Positions 14,601 through 27,400 of a DNA stretch of 64,000 bases are shown here, piece by piece. The position numbers and the translations under genes are program-made. This DNA is from Tubiluchus corallicola. Its lineage: Eukaryota; Animalia; Priapulida. The stretch lies in assembly GCA_030141605.1 (NCBI GenBank), contig JAQGDQ010000100.1, positions 248,001-312,000 on the forward strand, read 5' to 3'. The number at the start of each line of letters is the position of its first letter. Position 1 is the stretch's first letter. Under the pieces are notes generated by a model. That model searched no databases, was not told the origin of the DNA, and saw only the letters and a program-made list of their open reading frames with translations.

Positions 14601-17600
14601 CTTCCTTTTTAGGCCTTTTAGTCTTCAGGTGCATGTATTCAAATTGCATTGAGATCATTGCTATATTATTGGATTACGCTTTCATCTTATTCCCATTCTC
14701 TTGTTGTCCACCACACTCATATCATAGTCAATTGCCACAATGAATTGGAAATCTGTCGATGTACACATACTGCTTGACCTCTGTCCTCAGTCCAAACCAC
14801 TATGATGTCTCCTCCTCATTGATCACTGTGCACTTAAAACTGCCTTGTTTGCTTAATCATCTTTCTCATCTTTTCTAATACTCCATAGGCCTCTAGAATC
14901 TTCCACAAACTGTCTCTATGAATTAAATGAAATGCCTTCTTTTCTTGAAGTCCACGAAATGTAGGTATATGGAAGCATTCATTCTTTTGCCTGTTCTGTT
15001 ATATTCCTTAGAATGAGGATCTGATTGCATGTGCTACTCTTCACTCTGAGTCCTGATTGTTTTTCCCCATCTTCTTTCCTGGTTGGAAAACTCGTATCCA
15101 TCTCTGTCAATTGATTTCTCTGTTTACAGGTGTTCAGTTAATATGGATTCTGTTATTTGTTGTTGGTTTGGGCTCTGCATATTTTCATGCTACATTAAGT
15201 CTGTTTGGACAACTTCTTGATGAATTAGCGATTCTGTGGGTGATAATGGCAGCCTTTTCCCTATGGTTTCCCAAGCGAATGTTGCCTTCATGGTTTGCAG
15301 CAAGCAGGTAATACTTATTTTTTGTGCTTTGCTTAGCCTTTGATGTAGCTTAGCCTTGCATGTATTATTTATTAGAGGAGAGGTCCCATTTCACCACAAG
15401 AAACTTGACGATAGTTGCTCAGTTAATATACACTTTGGTGAATCCAGACACAAACCACTTTTGGTCAGAACTGAAACAGTTTGCTTTCAAAGGGTTTGGT
15501 TTGCTGTTTATGCAGCAGAAGACTGCATTTAGACCGAGAATTTAGATGACAGTCAAATTCAAAAACGTTAGATATTTATAACTTGATTTGCATGTTTTCT
15601 GCAGTGGGAATGTACATTAGAAGGAGCCCACGGGTCCTGTCTTGGTTCACACTAGAATTGCTAATGTTAATGTATGGCGTGTTCAGATGTAGAGATGTCT
15701 CTTGCAACTTGTTGCGCAACTTCTCTCTGAGCGTAAACTTGCAGCATGTGAACAGTTTGGCAACTTCTCTCGCAACTTATTGCAACGTGTGAACGGCTTG
15801 GCAACTTCTCTTGAAATTTGTTGCAACTTGTGAATGGCTTGGCAACCTCTCTCAGAGAGAAGTTGCGCAACAAGTTGCGAGAGAAGTCTCTACGTCTGAA
15901 CGTGCCATTACAGTAGTTAATTGTATGCAAGGTAGTATTTTATGTATGACTACTTCGCAAAATTAAATTAATACAATATAATAGTTATTGTAATTGTGCT
16001 AATGCTGCAATACACTCACCTGGCTAAGCTATGGCAGTACCTCCTAAGTTGTAAACTAGGTAGGTTAACCAAGTGATATAAGGCATTCAGTGGATTACTC
16101 AAATCGATGACCTGGCCTTGACTAATTGAATCCGTAAACAGGATTGTATGTATAGCAATCGGCAGAATCGAAAAAATTTTAAACACCAGTTAAGCTTATG
16201 CTTTTCGATTTTAAAAATTTGGTAGAATAGCATAAATTTTTGCAAACTCTTAATGTAATAATGTTACAAGAAATCTAAAACTTACTTTTTTTAAGCAAAG
16301 CCCTACCGTGACAATTTCACTTGTAAATTTTTATTATTAAATCATAACGCTTTGAGAGTTCTACTAGTTCTCATCATTTAGTAATGAAAAAAATTTATAA
16401 ATGCAGCCATAGCTCTTTATGTATTTCATTCTTGGTTGTAAAAAAATCATTACTAATAAAATTTACCCGTTTTCTTTTTTATACAGGAAGCGTTTTCATG
16501 TTCTTATATTTGTTCTGGGTTTGCTAGGCACTGCCCTTGCATGCATTAAGCCGGCAGTTAATGCATTTGTTCTCATGATATTTGGCATACCTAGCGTGTG
16601 GCTTTTGATTGGTGAAATTCAAAGGTAAGTCACTAAATATGACTATGTAAAGATTACAAAGCATTAAGTAGTATTTGTAAAACCTGCGATTGCTTAAGTA
16701 TTTCATTCTTCACTCGTGTCTGTGTAGTCTCACAACATAGTCGTTTCACTATAATTCATATGAATCAAGACTGTAATTCATCAGTCTTGTGAAAATTTTA
16801 GTGCTGTTTGTTAGGAAAAAACATGTCTGCCAACTCTCATGCACTGGGCTTGTGTAGCATCAAATTTCAGTTCACATGCATTCAGGAACTTTACACACAA
16901 GTTTGCAGATCATCTTGCTTTTGCCATCTGTAACAATTACAATACACTTAATAGTATTACTCTCAATAATACAGTAACGTTCATAGATCTCGTGATGTAT
17001 ATTACACTAAAGCGTTTTACAATTATTGAAAATTAAGCATTTATGTATTACTGAGCTTTTTTCGACTGTACAAAAGAACATATTTGTATGTAAATCACAG
17101 TGGATGGTCATAACAACATAAGGAAGCTTAACCAGCAGTTCCCAAAAATTACGTTACTTTTTTGATAATTTGATTTTGATACCCAAAAAAGCAAAAATTT
17201 CTGGGACATGATTTTCCTCTTGGACCCAGGCAGGGCGAGGTGATACCCGAATTTTCTATGTTTCATTTTTATATCAAATGTGAGGCAGGTTTGAAAACAT
17301 AATATCCTTGTTTAGATTAACAAACAAATTAAAAAATAAATTTTGTTATTTGAGTTAGTTTTGGATAGTAATAAATAAAAAGTGATTGATATGAGCACAA
17401 AACATTTCTTGGCCTTGCTGCCTTTACTGTCCAGGTCATTGCAAGTGTCATTTTTGTATGTCTGAAACTGTGATGTCATGGTGCCCTTTCACGTGATCTT
17501 GACTAGCTAATTTGGAATTTATTTTAAAAGGCATACAATCACAAAATGCAATCATATTTATCGCTATAAGAAGGCGTCATCATCTTTGCAGTTACATCTC

Positions 17601-19886
17601 GACAACCTTGCCAATCTATTTAAATTTACTTATGATAGTACGAATATTAATAACAATGCTGATGCTTTTGTTACCCTGAGGTTTAAGCCAATTATAGATT
17701 TTGCTGAATATTTTTCTTGTACTGACTGAGTTTAGACTTTTGTGTGAGAAGAGTTTACATCTTGTTCTCACTGCAAAGATGCCAGTTTTCTAAACAAACA
17801 ACTGACATTGTAGTAGCTGTGTTTTTTGGAAAAAATAAAACTGCAAGTTATGTGACACCCTTTCAGTTTAATTGTAAAATTATTTGCTATGTAACAACAT
17901 CAGTCGTTTGATGTGAGTGCGTAACATTTGTACTTCTTTTTCTTCACTTATTTTATACACAGGTAATATCAGCAAAACATGCAGCAACCTTGCTTCATAT
18001 CATTACTCAAAAAAAATGTGATTTAATATTGTAGGTATCAAATGTAGGATATAATGTAGCAACATCTAATTGGTTAAAAACAATTTTACTAAATTGTTTG
18101 GTATAGTATTTCTTAACATTATTCTTGCTGGTTCTTTTAATTTAGTGTGTAGTGTGCATTTAGTGTTTAGATTTGGTGTACGTCAATGCATGTCAATATG
18201 TGGCTATCTAAATTTGTAACAAGTAAATTCTTGCTGATCCTTACGAAGTGACCGAACTGATTGCAACAAATTTTTAACGATAGACGTAGTTGTTCCTACT
18301 TCACACACTACATCCACATTACGTCCAGGCTCCAGCTATTGTGATTATTTTGTTTAGAAGAAACCAGTTTTGCCAAATTCTATTTTGAGAGTTTTCCCTT
18401 TTAACAGGTGCCACTGTCGACGAGCCGTGAGACTGGGAATTCGATCAGCAGTTATATGGATGTTTGCTCTGTTATGCTGGCTGACTGATAGACTGTTCTG
18501 TGATATTTGGACATCAGTGCGATTTCCGTACTTGCACTGTGGTTGGCACCTGTGCGTCTTCATCTCTTCATATACTGGATGTGTGTTGTTTTCTTACTTT
18601 CATGCTCAGGTAAGATTGATGCATTAAGGAACTGATGCATATTTAAATTAGTATTCTTTAAGGTAAAACCCCATTGTTTTTCACAAAAGTTTCTGAAACA
18701 ATACTTCTGTCGATTTTGTAAAATGATCAACTAATTAAGTAATGAATTTAGTGATCTTACCATACATCAATTGTTTTCACGAGTGAACCTCTCAGTTTTC
18801 TGCTGACACCATTGACGGCTGACATGCCATTGATACCATCACAGTAAGGCTGGCGATCTGTTTATTTATACTTTATTAAGGTTGGACTGGCCTACCTCCA
18901 GGGTAGGTCCTTTTAATAAACAAAGTAATTCATTTCCTTATAATCTCCTGAAAATTCTGTACATTTTTGAAAAAACTCAACTTCCTGTCACATACGGTTC
19001 TGGAATTAAATGCAGTTGAAAGACAATGCTATACAGCACACAGACTAGTGGGAATATACTATGCATTTATAACTACATAACTACAGTTTGTACTTAATGA
19101 GTTCTAGTGAAAAAAGGTTGACTGGTCCAGGATGCTTTTTCGTAATTGACAGGGGTTAATTTGCCAGACAAAGGCCCCTTGTAGTGCGATTGCCCTCCGA
19201 AATGGCCTCATGACCTTTTTTATCTCCTAAAAGTTGAGGTGCACTAAAAGCCAGAAAAGGGCCAGGTTTGTGATTTGATATTTTATGTAATCACGTCTAA
19301 ATTAAGTAACAGTTGCTACAGTTATATACAAAAAAATGTTAACTGCCATTTATGTTAACTGTTGTTCGTAAACAAGAAAGAATTAATTGAGCTGTTAAAT
19401 TTTAATGTGATTTCCGCAAGAAATCCTCACGAAAATGGAACATGCAGTATTTTTGCTAAGTGGGAAATTTCCTCGTGAGGAGTCTGTGTTAAATGTGCAA
19501 TAGAAAACAATGTGTTCCATTTTTGCAGAATTTTTCCTCGAACAATTTTGCCCCCTGTCCTCGCTGTGAAATGGCTCCAAGAGGGAATCTATTTACAATT
19601 TTCGGATGAAGAATTTCGTACTTTAGAAGTCTGAATATTTTTGTGTATGTAATGTGCCAGCTAGTTTAACTTTTTACTAGTGGTATACCATGAAATGTCA
19701 TTGCTCTAAATTTTATTATTACTAAACTGATTATTATTGTTTTTTTAGAACGAGTTTCCAGAGCAGATGCCTACTTTAAAATTCTGGCCATCTGACACTT
19801 GGGAGACACTTGGTGTTCCTTATGTTATTCTGAAAAGAAAAGTGGATGCTCCACTTCTACCGACAGGGCCGTCGCATTTTCTGTAA
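11617..19886 (+). CDS. ACER2: Alkaline ceramidase (ACER1/2-like, CREST superfamily), 275 aa, 6 coding exons
   Basis: Exons 11617-11709, 12184-12262, 15130-15307, 16487-16624, 18408-18609 and 19749-19886 (TAA) join in frame to give 828 nt. Motifs: DWCEANY...[47 protein letters not shown] (Zn-binding His residues) and [15 protein letters not shown]. Confidence 0.96.
14090..15075 (-). mobile_element. Decayed RTE-clade LINE reverse transcriptase remnant
   Basis: Minus-strand translation across frameshifts and stops gives KQSGLR...[27 protein letters not shown]...[24 protein letters not shown]...[11 protein letters not shown] and [16 protein letters not shown]. These are typical RTE ORF blocks. 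Confidence 0.8.
15675..15907. mobile_element. MITE with ~57-bp TIRs (possibly PIF/Harbinger-type)
   Basis: 15675-15731 is a near-perfect inverted repeat of 15851-15907. The interior holds ~40-bp tandem units (GTGAACGGCTTGGCAACTTCTC...). The flanks GTA/TTA are compatible with a mutated TTA TSD. Confidence 0.8.
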
Positions 19887-21901
19887 TACTTGCCGTTTTA
19901 AGACTGTTTAGTTGTTTATTGCTTTAAAAAGCTTACTATTATATTTGTCAATTATAATTTAACTTGTTTTAGTCATTTTGGCAGCCTTTGTTTGCTGTCG
20001 TCTGTATATCAGTTATCTAAATAATGGAAGTCTCATTCTTCATCTAGTCTGTGTACTAGCCTGGTGATGTTAACTTTACTATGTATATTTATTTTTGCAT
20101 AGTATAAATAGCAAAATTTTTGTTTTAGTGTTGTGTTTTATGAAAACACAGATATTCTAAGTAGAAGCTGTGTGTAATTTTTTTTGGCCATCCTACTCTT
20201 AGTTGCTTATTCAGAAGCAAACTAGCTGGGTACAACCATATTTTGACAGATGGCACAGTTTTCATTTTTATTCTGTGCAATTGATATGACTGACAGTACA
20301 ACACTACACGGACATCTTTTTTTGATTTTCCCATTGAACAGTACTGCATATGCAGTACAGTGATGAATTTGTTGGTTCAATCAAACGTAAAGTTTAAGAA
20401 ATGATATGCTAATGCGATTCTTGTGAAATTGTTCTGTAGTACTCGAACTTCTGTGATATCGTTTAAATTTATTTATTTAAGCTTTATTTGCTTTCTTGGT
20501 ATTCTAGTCTCTGACAAAGACACGCAGTTTTTAATCTATATTCACCCCTTGTTTTGTTTTGTTTTCAGCTTTTTTGTTGCCTAGCAAGTTGTTTGGTGTT
20601 TGTGACTGCACATTTCTGCTACACCCTGCTGTCCTGTGTCTTTTTTCCAAGTTGTATGAATCTCATATTTATTTGCAGAATTGTAAATCAATGTTTGTTG
20701 TGCATATTAGCTGCAACAAACAGGGTGTTGTTTCCCGTCTGGTCCTGTTAGTTTTCATGTTATCGTGCCAAAGATGAAATCTCAATTTTGTTACTTGTAC
20801 TAAATTTTACATTGTAGACGTGGTAAGATAAATACTGGACTGTCGGAAGTGTCTTTTGGTTTATTATTTATGTGCAATTTTACGACTTGTTTTTTTGTGT
20901 TAAATAGTTTAAAGCATCGGTCACTTATTGTACAAGATATGTTTGGGTTTATTTGTATAATTTTAGGTGGCAGTGCCAATTCACGTGTTAATTTTTTGCC
21001 AAAAATGCTTCAAGATGCCAAATACTGTTCTATATTACTTTTGTACTAGGCTGCGATTAAAGATACAAAAATACTGTTTCAGATACGTATAATAGTTAAT
21101 AAGTTATTACCTGTGTATTTTATCAGTTGATTATCTCCCAAGTTCAAGTTTCTGAAAATTTTAGTTGTATACAAACTTGCAGCCAAGAGGTCTGTCAGCA
21201 GCAATTTAATACTTTAGTTTCGGTAGAAATTTTGAAGCCAGAAAACCTTGTTATATTTATCCTGCAGGCAGGGTATATCAGTGTAGTTCAGTTGTTAACA
21301 TTATGTTGGTAACGCATTTACCTATTTCAGTTTACTTCCCAACTTCTTATAGCCTAGTTGATAATTTTATTAATTTCCAGGATGTTGTGCTTGGGTATGC
21401 TTGTTTGCTAGATTTATTGCCTGTCTTGTCTTTATTAGATTAATCCATGGGGTTTCTATTAATGTTGACTTCGAGTAATATCTGTTTGATCAAAAATGCC
21501 AAACTTTTTTGCCAGTAACAGTTGTTCTACTTTTTCTAATTTGTGTTAATTTATATAACTGGCATAAGACAGTTTCAAGATTGAACAATTACTGTTTGGA
21601 TTATTTTAAGAACTAGTAAAAAAAACATTTGTCTGTTAATGTCATTTTCAGGTAAATAATTTTGAATGTTACCCATTATTGACTTTAATTTTTTACAAGT
21701 TTGTAATTTTTTATAGATCATCTACAAGTTAGACATAGCCTTCTTGGTAAAATATGCAATATCTGGCATATAATTAACATAACATTTTGAAAAGTGGAAA
21801 CAATGAATAGATTGGCTTAGATTTTTCATGAATGGTAAAGCAAATATGCACTGCTCTATTGCTTATTTGCTATTTAACTCTTAAATAATGCACGTAACAT
21901 G

Positions 21902-21948
21902 AATAAAAATTTTCTTCTGAGCGAAATTGTGTTGTTTTGATTTTTATT
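21902..21948. terminator. Convergent poly(A) signals for ceramidase (+) and NHE (-)
   Basis: AATAAA (+) at 21902-21907 is followed by a GT-rich tract at 21927-21938. TTTATT (AATAAA on -) lies at 21943-21948. Strand base skew switches from T/G-rich to A/C-rich here. Confidence 0.5.
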
Positions 21949-22680
21949 GCGCTATAAAAAAATCATATCTACTAAACGATTTTACTTAAACTATGATATC
22001 AGCATGTATACATACATATAAGTAATACTTATAAACATATTACAAAAATAAAATCTTTCTAAAATTTATAAACGAATAAAAGCAAATTTGGAAAGACATA
22101 CTGCAGGAAAGGATCACACGATTTCTTACATACTTGTTGTTTAACCATCAGCCACTGGAATTTTTTTATGGTCACGCGAATACAAGCAATGTGGTGTAAT
22201 TGCACATTCGGCACAAAACAGAAGAAACTATTGTACCGCTTCCGTAGGTCACTAAAGCCAAGTCATATGTCTGAATATTTTGCTATATCGGCATATGCTA
22301 CATTAAGTTTGTACAGAAAAAATTATAAGAAAATTGCCAGAAGGCATGTTTCAATTTAGTGAATGACGTTACTTTACTTAAATTAGGCATCGAAGGCCTA
22401 ATGCAGACTATTTTTCCACAACAACAGTAAGTTTCAAAGACAGCTAAACACACTACAAAAATATTTAGCATTTGTTTATTTTCTTATTTTTGCAAATAAT
22501 GGAGAAATCAATACAATTGCAATACCAATGGTAGGGTGAAAAGGCACCCCACTGTGCTAATACAATAATAATATAAATTTATATAACTAAGTAAACATGC
22601 TTGGGCGCTTTTCTACCCCATTTACCGTGGCTGAGGGTTAATATGAAATTACATACATCTTCTCATGTTTGCTTTAGTTG

Positions 22681-22844
22681 TTATTTCTTGTTGAAATTCT
22701 ACAATGGAATGCATATTAGACTGCAACTATATTTCTTTATTTCCTGTTTAAATCCTACAATGGAATGCACATTAGATTGCAACTATATTTCTTTATTACT
22801 TGTTGAAATCCTTCAATGGAATGTACATTAGATTGTTAACTATA
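22681..22844. repeat. Minisatellite, ~56-bp unit x3
   Basis: TTATTTCTTGTTGAAATCCTACAATGGAATGCACATTAGATTGCAACTATATTTCT is repeated about three times with substitutions. Confidence 0.85.
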
Positions 22845-23034
22845 CTGCATTTTTATGAAAAATTGTATTTATGACTTTATTAAACACTAGAAAATAGGAC
22901 AAGGTGGAAAAGGTTTATCTGCTCTTGATAAATACATTTTTACAAACCTTAAAAATGACCAAACTTTTTCTACAGTATAGCTACTTTTCTTACATATGTA
23001 TTTTTAAATGCTGACACAAGGTTTCTGGCATATA

Positions 23035-23259
23035 TCGTATATACTTATTGGACAAGTCGACCTTATGTACAAGTCGATGTGCATTTCAAGACCAAAAATT
23101 GCATCCTTTTATATATTACTTGGGTACAAGTCGACCCTAAAATATTGAGATCTTCCAGAGTAAATGATGTCAACAATGGCCGAGTAATAAATCAATAACT
23201 TACTGTGTTAGTGTGTGAGATACCTGCAAGTGCCTGGGCCAAGTATATTATACCTATCC

Positions 23260-23302
<43 letters not shown>

Positions 23303-23936
23303 ATACATATATATAGATCTAGGTCTAGTAAAAAAAACAGTAAAGGAATATAGGCCTACATCAATACTTTGACTTTAGTAAACAGTATTAATTTTACAAT
23401 GATGCAATTAAATCTTGTGGTTCATCACCTTCCCATTTGAAGGAAAAAATAATTTACTAAAATTAATATCTCTATGTAGTTGTGTTTTATATACGCGTGT
23501 ATGCTGGTAATCGATATTTTGCCAATAAAACATGCATATACAAGGCCAATGTAAAACTTCCCGCGGAAGCCGACAGACGGCAGCACCTGCACAACATTGG
23601 CGGTTTCCATGTTCTGATCGAGGGCTCCGTCGCTAGTTTATTTATCGGCAATATATAAGTTTGAACTTAACTTCACATAAATTAAAATAAATTACTGTAA
23701 TATTTCTTAATTTTGTGAAGTAATGTCAAGATGCAAACATTCTCTGATGTGAAGTTTCACAGTATGAGTGTTCAGTCAGTCCAGCGTATAATGAAGGATT
23801 ATTTTTTTACATATTCATATTGTAGACGACTCTTTAGCGACATTTCCCAAAAACATATCTTAAGTATAGGTCGACCCCAAAAATTTCACCTTAAAATCGT
23901 CTCCCAAAAATTCTACTTGTACATAAGTATATACGG
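23035..23936. mobile_element. Non-autonomous Tc1/mariner (pogo-like) element with TA TSD
   Basis: Left end TA|TCGTATATACTTATTGGACAAGTCGA matches the right-end reverse complement TA|CCGTATATACTTATGTACAAGTAGA. Subterminal ACAAGTCGAC motifs are repeated, and there is an internal (TA)n run at ~23264-23315. Confidence 0.8.
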
Positions 23937-24495
23937 TAAACCACATATGAAAAACATACAGGTTTTGTGCCTTCATCTAAAGACAAATTAACACCGAAAA
24001 AAGTAACAGCTATATACCCACAAGATAAAAGTAACAGTAGTTTAAAATTGGTAATGTATAAAAACTAATTTATAAATTATAGTCAGTAAAAATAACAAAT
24101 GACACGTGATTAAAAAGTTTGTATATGTAGTACTTAATAACTTACCCTCTACCTCGATTTTCAAAAAGCTTGTCTTATCCACACGGTTATTGATTATGAA
24201 AAAATGTAATCTTTATAATGCTAATCTTAGAACTAAAACAACAAAGGCAATTACGAAATAAATAAAAAATTAAAGGAACTGGTTATTAATACATTGCAAA
24301 ATAATTGCAACTACTAATAGGTAGCTCACATACTCTACTCTCTAAAACCCGTTGTAAAATATATCATTGGCATGGCTATCTCTATCTTCCAAACAACAGA
24401 CTTTGTACACTAACTCATAATGTTCCACTGTTTTCTTAAAAAGCAGTTTTGCGAGTCTGGGTGGCTCTCACACTCATTTAACACGACAGTGATTT

Positions 24496-27400
24496 CTAAT
24501 CGAGAATAATGTCCAAGACTTCATCCACGCTGTCCTTGTGGCGTAACTCGCCCATGGCTAATGTTATTCCACGTTGGTATTTTGCCTTTGCCGTTTTCTG
24601 CAAAAATACGAAAAAACTTTATAAGACAGCTTGAGTTGCTAAGTAAATCAGTGAAGGAGTGTGAACATATTTGGCTAAGCGAGGTTGTCAGTTAGAGGAG
24701 GTACAGCTGAATGGCAAGCTAAATCCAGGCTTGTGAAAAAAAGGACTATACATTTTAAATGTAGTAAAATGTAATGAGTAAAAATTTTTGTGGATAGAAC
24801 TGCCAATGTGGAAACCACAACTTTTTACATACATCAAGGTTTTTCAATTCAGCAAAGAAGCTACTTAACTACTATGTATTAGACATAAGACACGTATCAG
24901 ATAATTAAAGACATACGTAGTACCACAGTCATGTCATGCAACATTATGAGAGGGAACTGTAATAGACTAGAAAGTAATTAAATTGAACTACGGTCAAGAA
25001 AAAAATTCCATTCTTTTTATGATTACCAATCAGGTAACTGATACATAGACAAATATCATGTCAAAGTGATGCACAGTAAAAGTTATAAAAGTCACTCAAT
25101 TAAAAGAGAAGCTGCACGAAAAAAATATAAAACAAACCCTGTTGTCCTTCCTTTTTACATTTCCTTTTAGCTAAGTTCAGCTTCAAAAATTTTAAAGTTG
25201 TGGGCTCATTTTATCATTATTAATAATCTTAAAATTAAGATCATAAATAATAAATAATTACACCTATGCTATAACGTAATAATAAAAAATTACTCTTAAT
25301 ATCTCGTATTTACTCCAGACATGAGTAAATTTACAATTGGAAATGCTGAATTGGTTGATAAGCTTTTAGAAGAATTATGGCCTACTGTTATTACAAGGGG
25401 CTGTATAGTCTATTGATCATGGCACACTGGACATGTAGCCCAAATATCCTGATTCAAATCCAGGTTAGATCACAAGTTTTTTATTTCCTTCCCTTTTGAT
25501 TGTCTGGTTTCAACAACTTAATAATTTTAGGCAAATTTCTTTGTCCACACCATTACCCAGTGTTTTACCGTTTTCTTATCTATATCCTCAGTTTCAGCTA
25601 ATGGTGCCTTCAACAAAGGCACTCCAGCAGGCATACTCAATGGTCTCTGATCAGACCCAGGATCACTCATCACTCTGGTATAATCAGGAATGCCACTAGT
25701 TTCTGGACAGGGCAGTGCACTGAGACCTTTAACTCTATTATGCCTCTTTCTCATCTGTGAGGCTAGCTCATGGGCTCGATCTTGATACTGGTTCCTGTTA
25801 GCCATACTGCGAGGAAAATGCTGCAAAATTTAAAATAAACAGTTAATTAACTAACTGATTTGTTAGCATAACACAGCAGTGTAACTTCACCCTGATAATA
25901 CACATTATTAATTTAAGTAATGGTCAATTTGAAAACAGTCGTGTGATCATGACACACACCCACAACTTTATTAATTGAGGTAACTGCAGTTGGATGACCA
26001 AAAGTAGTTGGAGGTGTATCAATGTCCTGAAGAATTTTACCATGTTGGCATTAATGAAAATAAGTATTACACTGTCTGTTTACAAAATGTCATATAGATA
26101 TGTTATGTTACTTTTGCATAAAAGCACTGTAATAAGTAGGGCAAATAACAGATAAAAATACTGACCAAAAAACCTTTCCTCTAGTAATATTAGTCAACAT
26201 TGATATAACATTATTAACACTATCCATGAGAAAAATGCAACACGAGCGACTTATTTGTCAAATTTTCACATTAGTGGTTACAGAACAATATACTTACTAG
26301 AGTATTTCTTTTATTCTCCTGGTGAAACAAATTCCACACATCGTACACAGTCATTGCACGAGGTTGTGGCGTGACTGGTGTAAAAGGAATGTAACGACTT
26401 TGTTGCCTTTTTGTAGGAGGCTCGACAGAAGCGGCTTCATCATCTATGAAGAAAATAAATTGCGATAATGAAGTAAGTGGAAAGATACAATCTGAACACT
26501 GCAAAATACATAAAGAAATTAATTACTGATTAAAACACAGACAGAACCACTGATTTACCTTTTATTTGACTGATAATTTCAATGCTGAAAGCTCCAGATA
26601 TTTGACAACTATTCTTTCAACGCTAGCTTCTGATTACTTTTGTTTCATTTCAGGTACATGGACAACAAGTACATCTACAATGTGTTTTCTGTATTAATGT
26701 CATTGTGGGAAAAATATTGCTAGTCAGTACAAACTTATTAGCAATAAATCTCTATTCTAATTCATACTCACATATTCTGTATGACTTTTAGAACTATAAC
26801 TTTTATAAAAATGCACTACATAAGCTAGTTTTTATAGATTTTAGCTAGTTGTTCACCTGTTGAATTTATTCCTGCAATTCCTTGTAGGAGAGTATGCATA
26901 CCTTGCCTATAAAATTACAAAAGTACGATTTATCAAGTACTGCCAAATAATAAGATATAGCACAACAATACAAAATATTTCAACAGTACCAAGTGATCAC
27001 AAACTGCATCACACTGAGTTAGTTTAACTAAATATAAAAAACTCCCATCACAAGTATTTAAAAACTTGTACAGTGATCATTTGGTACTATAAAAAGGAAA
27101 TATAGGTAAGCTTAAAACAATCAGATTAACAACCATCTACATAGAACACAAAACTGCACAAATTAAAAAAGTGAAGATTATTCAAATATATTATAACATC
27201 AGAACTCAGTGGCATAACTAAGCGCCCACTGACTCCCATTGCAGGTGGCATCATGAAAGAAAGGGGCCCCCAAGGTTGAAAGACTTAATTTAGTGTGCAA
27301 AACTAGTCTTATTGAAAATATGGTTACAATTAGGAAGAACACACAAATTAGCAATCAGAGTTACATTCACAGCCACTCCCGGTCAAACCGTTCTACTTCT

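Noticed and set aside
13965-14743. Three overlapping 100-130 aa + strand ORFs
   Set aside because: Antisense read-through of the decayed RTE element, with no protein motifs.
25397-25475. tRNA-like sequence with a B-box-like TTCAAATCC
   Set aside because: No convincing cloverleaf or acceptor stem. At most a decayed tRNA-SINE head.
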